Assembly (NCBI RefSeq): GCF_006345805.1
Contig: NC_043009.1
Coordinates: 71,982,001-72,046,000 of the forward strand
Length of the DNA stretch: 64,000 nucleotides
Direction of reading: 5' to 3'
Source of the DNA: Octopus sinensis
Taxonomy: Eukaryota
Shown: piece after piece, positions 37,495-48,824 of the stretch
Layout of the letters: every line of letters begins with the position of its first letter
How positions within the stretch are numbered: the stretch's first letter is position 1
Position numbers and translations under genes: made by a program
Notes under the pieces: model-generated
Seen by the model: the letters and a program-made list of their open reading frames with translations, nothing else
What the model was told of the DNA's origin: nothing
The model's database searches: none

Positions 37495-37622
37495 ATTATA
37501 CTTTTACAAGAAGAATGGTGACAGTGACTTCGAAGTTCAACTAGCTTCCATCAGAGGCTAATGAAGACTAGCAGGTGGAAACGTCAAAGTCACTGTCAAC
37601 ACTCTTTCTGTAAAAGTGTAAT
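37495..37622. mobile_element. Palindromic element made of two head-to-head decayed hammerhead halves
   Basis: ATTATACTTTTACA...GACAGTGACTT pairs with AAGTCACTGTC...TGTAAAAGTGTAAT. The plus arm has CTAATGA...GAAACGTC and the minus arm has CTGATGG...GAACTTCG. Confidence 0.7.
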
Positions 37623-37689
37623 ATATATTTCTGCTTGTGTTGATCCATACAACCCATGCCAACACAGAAAAAGGGATGCTAAATGATGA

Positions 37690-37732
<43 letters not shown>

Positions 37733-37804
37733 ATATTATATATATATTATACAGGTATTACATACATCATATATATATATATATATTATACAGGTATTTA
37801 CATA

Positions 37805-37855
<51 letters not shown>

Positions 37856-38129
37856 ATATATACAATATACATATAATTTATATAATATGATGTATGTAAA
37901 TACCTGTATAATATATATATATATATCATCATAATCATCATTGGAGAAATATAAAAATATAGATTTAATTTAAATAGTGAAAACCGATTTGATATCACTT
38001 CATCCATAAAATACGTATATATTTTTAAATATTTCTTTATAAAAAGATATTAAACTTTGTGAAATGAAGGTATTTCTCTTCCACTTTTTATATATGTTTT
38101 CCACATATTTTCAACCTATATATATATAT

Positions 38130-38628
38130 ATTGTGACCTCCTTTGGTCATGAATGACCATGGAATTGCACCTAGAGAGTTAACCTCCGCGGTACAAGTCT
38201 GGGCAAGGTTGTTTATGGAAGACCAGCAGTCGCCCATGCATACCATCCATGCCACCGATGTTATCCAAGGGAAAGCCAAAGGCTGATACTGCCTGGCACC
38301 ATTGACGTTGCAGCTCATTTATTAATGTGCAAGTGGCTGAGCACTCCACAGACACGTGTACCCTTAACGTAGTTCTCGATGAGATTCAGCGTGACACAGA
38401 GTGTGACAAGGCTGGCCCTTTGAAATACAGGTACAACAGAAACAGGAAGAAAGAGTGAGAGAAAGTTATGGAGAAAGAGTACAGCAGGGTTCACCACCAG
38501 CCCCTGCTGGAGCCTCGTGGAGCTTTAGGTGTTTTCGCTCAATAAACACTCACAATGCCTGGTCTGGGAATTGAAACCGCGATCCTACGACTGCGAGTCC
38601 GCTGCCCTAATCACTGGGCCATTGCGCC
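38130..38628 (-). mobile_element. tRNA-derived SINE (family C) with a distinct 3' tail
   Basis: Minus head GGCGCAATGGCCCAGTGATTAGGGCAGCGGACTCG...GGTTTCAATTCCC; the body is shared with 28045-28310. Confidence 0.85.
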
Positions 38629-39307
38629 TATATATATATAATGTATTTAGTATTACATATCTGTACACATACAATATTACTGGCATTGTGTAAAATTAAA
38701 GCAGTGTATAAAATAGAGTGTATAAAATATAGAATGTCTAGCAATGTTTGGCAATCAGCTCGTTTCTTACCGACCTTATATACATTAGCAATGAATTTTA
38801 ATAGAATGCCTATGTATTCTATAGAATGTCTAGCATTTTTTCAACAAAGTATAACATAATAGACATCAGAGGTTGGACACTTTATTAATGAACTGAAATC
38901 TGTGAAACCTAAACTAATTAAAACTGTAATAGACAATAGAGATGAGAACATTTTATGAGCACGCACAACATATAACGTCTTTTGATGTAGAGTGTTTGGC
39001 CTGGTGTAGATTGTGTGTTTGGGTATGTGTAAAAGTTATAGATGCTTGAGGAGTGGAGAAGATATGTGATGCTGGGCTGGTGTAGATACATGAGATGTAG
39101 ATGCTTAAGGTGGTGTACATGTTAAAACTATATATCTCCTTGCCTTGGTCACATGTGTTAGGTTCTCTGATTCAACAACCTCTGGTAATACTTCCTTAGT
39201 TATGTTTTCTAATACTTCAAGAGGTATATCTACTGTGAAGTATATTTATATAAAATGCAATATATAATATATATCATCATCATCATCATCATTATCATAG
39301 TAATTAC

Positions 39308-39339
<32 letters not shown>

Positions 39340-40066
39340 AATATCCTCCCCTTCTAATGCCACTCCACACACATATCAAGCCAACATTGCAAGTGCATCC
39401 AAGCAGCAACTCTACTTTGCAAGCAGTCATCCCTCACACCACGAAGGCGTTCCAGTGTTTTTGTGAAAGGAGCGTAACTGTTGATGAATCCCCCTCTGAA
39501 CTTTACCCCAACACCCACAAACTGGATGTGACACTGACTTCCATCAGCAGAGAGTTGTCATGATACTTTTCATTCCAGCCCTTCTGATGAGCACTGTCTT
39601 TGGTTATCACTTAACTCATGTGCAAAACAAGCCCCTAAAATCATCTGAAATGCTCCTACAATACAACAGAGCAAAAACAACAAGACACTCATTCTGCTGA
39701 CATGTATGAGTCCTGTTTTCCTCTGACAAATGCATTCTTAGACAACTTCATATCCTCATGATTATGATCATCATTGAACATCCCTTTTCCATGCAGGCAT
39801 AGACTGGATATAGTTTCACAGAATCCAGCAAACCACAGGGTCAGGCTGAGCTCCAGTGTCAGCTTTGGCATGTTTTCTATGCCTGGATGCCCTTCATAAT
39901 CCCAACCACTTCTTATAGTGTGCCCTGGGTGCCTTTTTGTATTGGTGAGGTTGCCACATAAATGGCAAGACAGAAAGGAAACATAATACACACACACACA
40001 CACATATATATATACACACACATTATTTACATTTGATGGATATTTGTCCTCATCTTGTTTGTTGTT

Positions 40067-40112
40067 AACACAAGGTTTCGGCTGATCTACCCTCCAGCCT
40101 TCATCAGGTGTC
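40067..40112 (-). ncRNA. Minimal type I hammerhead ribozyme motif
   Basis: The minus strand reads GACAC-CTGATGA-A-GGCTG(GAGGGTAGAT)CAGCC-GAA-ACCT-T-GTGTT. Stem III is one base away from the ACGT palindrome. Confidence 0.75.
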
Positions 40113-40184
40113 TTGGGGAAATTTTGAACCTAGGTTCTCATTCCTAAGGTATTTTGCGATGTTGTTGTTATTATTATTATTATT

Positions 40185-40257
40185 CAGGTCACTGCCTGGA
40201 AACCAACTTGGTATCTTGGGGTTAGTAGCCCGCGCTCTTAACCACTACGCCATATGC
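40185..40257 (-). other. tRNA-derived Pol III promoter head (not a functional tRNA)
   Basis: TGGCGTAGTGG is a consensus A box followed by TTAAGAGCGCGGGCTACTAACCC. The B box is degenerate (AAGTTGGTTTCC). Confidence 0.7.
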
Positions 40258-40524
40258 TTAAAGGCATATGTGTTAACAACAAACAAGATGAGGACAAATA
40301 ACCATCAAATGTAAATAATGTACATAATTCCTCATCTCTTAAATAAAGAACTGTAAAATATGTATATATATATATCCACACATGCACACACAACTACAGA
40401 GATGGTGTATGAGGTGTTAATTATATACACACAAGTGCCAAATAGTAGTACACACACACACATACGTAGGCACATATAAGTACACACAGACAGGTACACA
40501 GACAAAAACAGTGTGTATGATTGA

Positions 40525-40645
40525 ACATTGCCAGATAAGACTGGAGCCTGGTGCAGCTTTCTGGCTTCCCAGATCCCCGGTCGAACCGTCCAACCCATGC
40601 TAGCATGGAGAACGGACGTTAAACGATGATGATGATGATGATGAT
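40525..40645 (+). mobile_element. RTE-tail repeat (family B) 3' end
   Basis: CATTGCCAGATAAGACTGGAGCC...CATGGAGAACGGACGTTAAACG(ATG)n. Confidence 0.85.
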
Positions 40646-41383
40646 ATATATATATACACATACATACATACATACATACAATACATACATACATACATAC
40701 ATACATACATACATACATACATGTCTATATGTATATATATTGTGTTAAGCTTAAGAAGTGATGCAGAGAATTTGGGGCTTGACTCAAATTTCATAAACTA
40801 CGCTGAATCCTAGTTAGAGACTCCACATAAGTGGTGTGAAGACCTACCAGTCTGTACTAGTCAAGACCTACCAGTATGTACTGGCACCGAGTTGTAATTA
40901 ATTATAGAAATAAAGTCAAACCAAATAGTGCACTATTTGATTTGACCTCATTTCACTACACGCACACGCAAACACACACACATGCACGCACACACACACA
41001 CTTACACACACACACACACACACATGCACATACACACACACGTACGCACACATTACACTGCATCAAAGGATATCAGGAAAGAAGTTTTGTGCCACAGACC
41101 CAATCTTTACTCTCGATACAAAGAGTGTCTTGAAATTAAGACATTTTGAAACCAGTGAAGTGAGTGAGACCAAAGGAACAGGCAAACATGTGGATAGCCA
41201 CATGTATATACATCATGTATGCCACATACGTAGATACATACAGACAGGCAAACAGACAGACAACAAAAAGCCAAAACTACCCAGTTGCAATAAAAGACAG
41301 ATAAATCACATTTAGGGAAATATGATTTGTACTAATTATATATTGAAGTGTGTTTGAGTAAGAAGGCAAGCCTGTATTCATTC

Positions 41384-41423
<40 letters not shown>

Positions 41424-41813
41424 CGTACACACACACACACACATTTACAAGTTTATGATATCAAATATTTGTATATATAATGTTTGCATGTGTGTGTTTA
41501 TGCATGCGTATATGTGGTGTGTATGAAACTGAGGTGTAGGGAAAGGTTGAGCCTGTATTTAGGCGTAGATACATTTTAGTTTATGCGATTGCAAGTTAAT
41601 TATACACAAGTAACTCCAACTATATAATTGAAAGATATATATATATATATATACAGATGTTTTTATCATTATATTTATACAATGTTATGTTTTACCCATG
41701 CCCATATACCCATACAAACCTACATTATACACATTCATCTGCAAATAATACAATAATAATATGGCTGAAAGCACCAGCCATGAATGCAAGCACACCACCA
41801 CACACACACAACA

Positions 41814-41847
<34 letters not shown>

Positions 41848-41849
41848 CA

Positions 41850-41941
<92 letters not shown>

Positions 41942-41945
41942 TATG

Positions 41946-41976
<31 letters not shown>

Positions 41977-42038
41977 GTATATGTATATATATTGTGTGTA
42001 ATATATTTATATATATAATATATATATATGTATGTATG

Positions 42039-42070
<32 letters not shown>

Positions 42071-42181
42071 CATATATATACATATACATATATATGTGTA
42101 TGTGTATATATATGCATATATATATGTGTATGCATGTATGTATACAGACACACTGACACAAGTACACATACACATTCTCTC

Positions 42182-42214
<33 letters not shown>

Positions 42215-43614
42215 AACACATACACACATATAGCTGTATAAGCAACTCTACATTTAAACACACATTTGAAAAGCTAGTGGAAACCTAAGTATACTAATTA
42301 TATATGAAGTGGCCTTCCATACACACAACTACAGAGATGTTGTATGAGGTGTTAATTATATACACACAAGTGCCAAATAGTAGTACACACACACACATAC
42401 GTAGGCACATATAAGTACACACAGACAGGTGTGTATGATTGAAGCAGCAATAAAACAGCTGTAAAACGTAGACTGTGATGAAATTATGGGATGAGGTGAG
42501 AAGGTGTAGTGATGGAGGAATAAGCAATTAGTTGTAGGGAGAGTGAGAGAGGGAGAGATGATGGGAGAGAGAGAGAGAGAGAGAGAATGAAGGTGTAAAA
42601 GAGGAAGGTACGAAAGAGAGATCTGAGAAAAAAATAGATACAAACAGAAAGGAAGAGAGAGGGAGAGAGGGAAAATGAAGGAAATATGCAGAAAGGGGAA
42701 ATGATAGAGCAAAAGAGAGTGAGAGAGGAAAAAATTATGAGAAAGAGAGAAACGAGAAAGTGGTGGTGGTCGTGGTGGTAATACCCAGGACAGTCAGTTT
42801 TATAATCTTTAGTCCAGAAGTGTATAACTAGAGTTCAAACCCTACAAAGAGTGGAGAGGGGGGGGAATTGAGGCCTCACCGTTCACTTTCCCACTTTGGT
42901 AAACTAAGAACCAGCAAAAAAAAAGAAAAAAATTAAGAGAACACATTTTTAGTTTTACACTGCAAAGGAGAAATGAAGAGTCTCCAACATTTGCACAGAC
43001 ATCTACTCACACATAAAGCAACGTCATTCACACACACACACACACTCAGCCTTTGAACAATCTCACTTCACACAATCACAGCACACCATACCTAAAATAT
43101 TTATTTACTTATGTCTCATTTATCTCTCCTGCTCCATAACCTCACCTGGCAAAATACCCTCATCTATCATATCTGTCCCCCACCCCTATAACACTCTTTT
43201 CTCTTTCCTCAAAAAGTTCTCTCTCCTCCACTTATGGACCCCTGTCCAAAATGTCAAGCAACAAGGCAAGAGTCCAGAAAAACTATAACCTTATAAAAGC
43301 TGGCATATTCAGAGAGCAACCAACTATATATATATATATATATTATATATATATAATATATATATAATATATATATATATAAATATATATATAATAAATA
43401 TATATATATATATATATAAATATTATATATAATATAAATAATATTATATAATATATATATAATATATATAAATATATATATATATTATATATATATTATT
43501 AATAATAATATATATATATATATATATATATTATATTAAATATTATTATATATATATATAAATATATATATATATAAATATATATATATAATATATATAT
43601 GCTGAATATATATA

Positions 43615-44792
43615 TGCTTGAATCCAAAAAATATAACCTCCAACAATGCATGAAGACCCCATCAATAACCAAAGATCAGCTGAGGAGAAGTGGGCCATTG
43701 AAAAAATCAAACTCAACCCCAAAGTGTTCTTTTCATTTGCGAGGAAAAGCAGGGTCACTGTCTCCACTGTAGGCCCTCTAATTGACGAAACTGGCACTCT
43801 CCCAAGATAATGCCAATCCATGGCCGAGATACTGCAGAAACAATACTGCCCGTTTTCAGCAATCCGATATGGCCGATCTGGGCTGTATCAGTGATGTCAA
43901 CCCCACCACTATATCGACATACGTTTAGTGCCCCTGATGTCTTAGCGGCGATAAACGAATAAAACACAATTCGCAGTAGGCCCCGATAGATTCCTGCTTT
44001 GTCCTGAGGTGTGTCGACACCAACTTGCATCTCCCCTTGCTATCTGTAGAAACTCACTGGATGCTGGCTATAATTCCAAAAACCTTCTGTCCAGTCTGTT
44101 GTCCCAGTTTTCAAAAAGGGAAACAATCCCTTGCAGTGAATTACCGCCCGATCTCACTCACCTCTCATATCATCAAGGTATTTGAGAGGGTGGTGAGATC
44201 TCGAATACCCATTTCTGGAAAGCAACAGACGGCTGATCTCCAACCAACATTGGTTTCCGTAATGGAAGGGACTGCCTAACGCAGCTCCTGCATCACTTTG
44301 AGGGACATTTTGAGAGCTTTGGGAGAGGGCTCCAACACCGATGTCATCTACCTTGATTTCAGTAAGGCCTTCGACAGGGTCGATCACAAGATCCTATTGA
44401 AAAAACTATCCAATTGGTGTCTCTGGAAAGTTACTGAAATGGAGTAAGTGTTTCCTGACAGCCAGATCTCACATGTTAGTTAAGGGGTAAAATCAAGCCC
44501 AGCCAAAGTCAGTAGTGGCGTTCCGCAAGGCCTGTGCTGGGCCCACTTCTTTTCATCATTTACATAATGACATTAATGACATCATCAAGCACAGCAACAT
44601 AAAAATCTTTGCAGATGACTCCAAGCTACAGAAGGTCATAAATGAGGCGAGTGACCGGACATGCCTTCAGTCAGATCTACTGGCTGTTATCATCCAATGG
44701 GCAGAAAAGAACAATATGCTGCTGAACGATGATAATTTGAGCTAATCCACTTTGAAAAGAGGATGCCCTGAAACTCCCATACTCCCTTCCTT
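43615..44792 (+). mobile_element. CR1-group LINE ORF2 fragment (copy A), indel-rich, cut by a gap
   Basis: PVFKKG..LAVNYRPISLTSHIIKVFERVV, IYLDFSKAFDRVDH and IFADDSKL; nearly identical to ~49995-51170. Confidence 0.9.
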
Positions 44793-44892
44793 NNNNNNNN
44801 NNNNNNNNNNNNNNNNNNNNNNNNNNNNNNNNNNNNNNNNNNNNNNNNNNNNNNNNNNNNNNNNNNNNNNNNNNNNNNNNNNNNNNNNNNNN
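44793..44892. other. Assembly gap (100 N)
   Basis: Direct observation. Confidence 1.
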
Positions 44893-45223
44893 TATATGTA
44901 TATGTATATATATATGTGTATGTGTGTATATGTATATGTATATATGAGTGCGCTGTGTGTATGTATGCATATATGTATGTATGCATGTATATGTGTATGT
45001 ATATATGTGTGGAAGTGTGTGCATATATGTATATGTAAGTATGTGTGCGTGTATGAGTATGTATGTATGCTTGAACACGTGTATATATGTGTGTGTGTGT
45101 ATCATATGGATGCATGTGCGTGGGGCACGTGTATGGGACGCATGTATATGTGTATGTGCGTGTATCGTATACGTGTATGTATGTTATGTATGTGTGGGCG
45201 TATATTTGTATATGTATGTGTGA

Positions 45224-45266
<43 letters not shown>

Positions 45267-46021
45267 ATATATAGATGGGGGTGTGGTGTATGCGATAAAA
45301 GTGCTTGTAAGTATGGATGTATGGAGGTATGTATGTATGTTACGTATGTATGTGTTTGTGTGTAAGGTATGTAGTTGTTGTATGTATGTGTGTATATTGT
45401 ATATATATATATATGTGTGTATATATGTTTGTGTATGTATATATATGTTATGTATGTTTGTGTATATATATGGGTGTGTGTGTATGTATGTATGTATATA
45501 TATATATATATATGTATATATATTATATATGTATGTAATATGTATATATATATATATGTGTACATGTATGTGTGTGTATAAATATTATATATAGGTATGT
45601 ATCTGTATGTAGGAGTATATATATGTGTGTGTGTGTGTGTGGTGTATGTGTTATGTGTATATATATGTATGTATATATATATATATATATGTATATTTAT
45701 GGTGTATATATATAGACTAGCCTCCTAAAGTGTAGACATGAATCTGTAGGTACGAGTACGTATGTGTATATACGTGAACGTATGTAGATGTTTGTATGTA
45801 TGAATATAACGCGTGCGTACGTGTATGTGTATGAGTGTACGAATGGGTGTATGTACGTGCTAATGAGTGTGCGTGTGGGACGAGTACTTGCCTTCTAGTA
45901 GACAGACAATTTGGACATGCTGCCATCGCAGGATCCTTAGCTCTAGCGATCAAAGATAACAAAGTAATAAATGAAGATAATAAAATTAAAATTAGGGAAT
46001 GGGCCTGTATTGGATTGTGTA

Positions 46022-46070
<49 letters not shown>

Positions 46071-46554
46071 GTGTGTATGTATATGTATATATATATGTGT
46101 ATGTATGTGTATGTGTGTATGTGTAGGTATGTATAGGCAATGTGTACGTATGTGTGTGTGTAGTATATGTGTTTATGTATGTATGTGCACACATTTTATT
46201 TTTTTTTTTTTTTTCTATTTTATTTTTTATTTTTTATTTTTTTATTTTTTTTTATTTTTTTATTTTTTTATTATCTATTCTTTCATCTAACTTACCACTG
46301 ACTCCTTGACCACTCCCCCAAGTATGATATTTTGCGCTATCCTACCCCCAAAAAGTCCCCCACCACCACTCCTTTAAACCTGCCTAAATGTATAAATGCT
46401 AATACAATTCTTGTTAAATAGCTTCCTGAAGATTTCTCTTGATGAAACAGTACTAGTCCTGTAGAAGCTCCTTCTATATAATAAATTAATTTTACTCTGC
46501 TATGTATTGAGTACCTTACTTACTGTGGTTAACCCCGGATCAACCCGGGACCTA

Positions 46555-46614
46555 CATATATATATATATATAAATAAATATATATATATATATATATATA
46601 ATATAAATTAATAT

Positions 46615-46683
<69 letters not shown>

Positions 46684-47444
46684 AATATATATATATATAT
46701 AAAATATATATATATATATAATATATAAATAATATATATATATATATATATATTAAATAAATAATATATATATATATAATAAATAATATATATTATATAA
46801 TAATAAATAATATATATATACATATAAATAAATATTATATATATATATAAATAATATATATATAAAAATAAATATATAATTATTAAATAAAATATATATA
46901 TATATAAATAAATATATATATATATATAAAAATAATATATATATATATAAATAAATATATATATAATATAAATAAATATATATTATATAATAATATATAT
47001 ATATCTATATATATATATATATATATAAAATATATATATAAAAATAAATAAATATATATATATATATAAATAAATATATATACAATACAAATAATAATAT
47101 ATACATATAATATATATATATAGATAAATAAATATATATATATATAAATAAATATATATATATATATATATATAAAATATATATATAAATAAATATTATA
47201 TATAATATAAATAATATATTATATTAATAAATATATATATATATATAAATAAATATATATAATATATATAAATAATAATATATATATATATAAATAAAAT
47301 ATATATATATATATAATATATATATAAATATATAAAATATATATAAATATATATATAAATATATAAATTATATATAAATATATAATATATATATATAATA
47401 TATATATATAAATATATATATATTATATATAAATATTATAATAA

Positions 47445-47476
<32 letters not shown>

Positions 47477-47602
47477 TAAATATATATATATATATATTAA
47501 ATATATATATTATATATAAATATATATATATATAAATATATATATATTAACTATATATATATATATAAATATATTATATATATATAAATATATATATTAT
47601 AA

Positions 47603-47669
<67 letters not shown>

Positions 47670-47686
47670 TATATTATAAAATTTAT

Positions 47687-47717
<31 letters not shown>

Positions 47718-47980
47718 AAATATATATATATAAATATATATATAATATATATAAATATATATATATTATATATAAATATATATATATATATATAAATATA
47801 TAATATATATATAATTATAATATATATATAAATATATATATATATCTATATTATAAATATATATATATATATATATAAATATATATAATATATATAATAT
47901 AATATATATATAATATATATAAATATATATAATATATATATATATAAATATATATAAATATATATAAATATTATATATAT

Positions 47981-48012
<32 letters not shown>

Positions 48013-48040
48013 AATTATATATAATATATTATATATATAT

Positions 48041-48131
<91 letters not shown>

Positions 48132-48135
48132 AATA
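46555..48135. repeat. ~1.6-kb almost pure A/T low-complexity tract
   Basis: Irregular (TA)n/TAAA sequence. Confidence 0.95.
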
Positions 48136-48144
48136 TATATATTC

Positions 48145-48782
48145 CCACGCTTATCCTGCTCTCTCCACTTTTGCCCGACCCCACCCCACCTGATACTGCT
48201 GTCCACTGTGGTCTCCCTACACCAAAACAAAATATTATGAGAATTGAAGCTCCCAAGGTCAATCACAAAAAGATAGATGGCATGTCAGACCTTGACTACG
48301 GGGGTAGACTAGAGAAGCTGAAATTTATTCACTCCAACGACGCCGTGAACGCTACATTATCTGTATGATGTGGAAAATATTCCATCAGCACTGTCCGAAT
48401 GATGTTGGCATCACCTTCAAAATGCATCCAAAGCTTGGACCACGTGCCATCCGTCCACAACAAAAATCTAAATCGCATCACATAACGACAATACGGCACA
48501 ACTATTTCACCTCATTGGACCCGCTCTCTTCAACATTACACCAGACAACGTCAAAAAAGAAACTGACCACACAAAATTCAAGAAGTCTTTGGACAAATTC
48601 CTTCAAACAGTACCGGACAAACACCCCACCCACAAACCCTGTATTCTCCGCAAACAATAACTCTCTGCTCGAATGGGCCTTGGTGCCCAATCCTGAACTG
48701 AAAGACTTCGCCAGGTGGTGCTATTAAGTTAGACATGGCCTGGGCCAATACTGGCCAAAAACTTTCTAAGTTATTCTAAGTT
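48145..48782 (+). mobile_element. CR1-group LINE 3' fragment, diverged subfamily, tail (TTCTAAGTTA)2
   Basis: Homologous to but visibly diverged from ~51330-51960 (MMWKIFHQHCPNDVGITF...). Confidence 0.85.
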
Positions 48783-48824
48783 ATATATAAATATATATAT
48801 ATATAATATATATATTACAAAGAG

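Larger units (their letters stand above)
40021..40355 (-). mobile_element. Composite non-autonomous element: tRNA-like head + (AAT)n + hammerhead + flanking 51-bp inverted repeats
   Basis: tRNA-like head at 40185-40257, hammerhead at 40067-40112, and 40021-40071 inverted against 40270-40320 (50/51 identical). Confidence 0.8.

Noticed and set aside
41657-46823. Many 60-290 aa ORFs rich in Y/I/H/T/C/V (also at 1217, 5064-6299, 16948, 19632, 21739 and others)
   Set aside because: These are translations of CA/TA/TG microsatellites.
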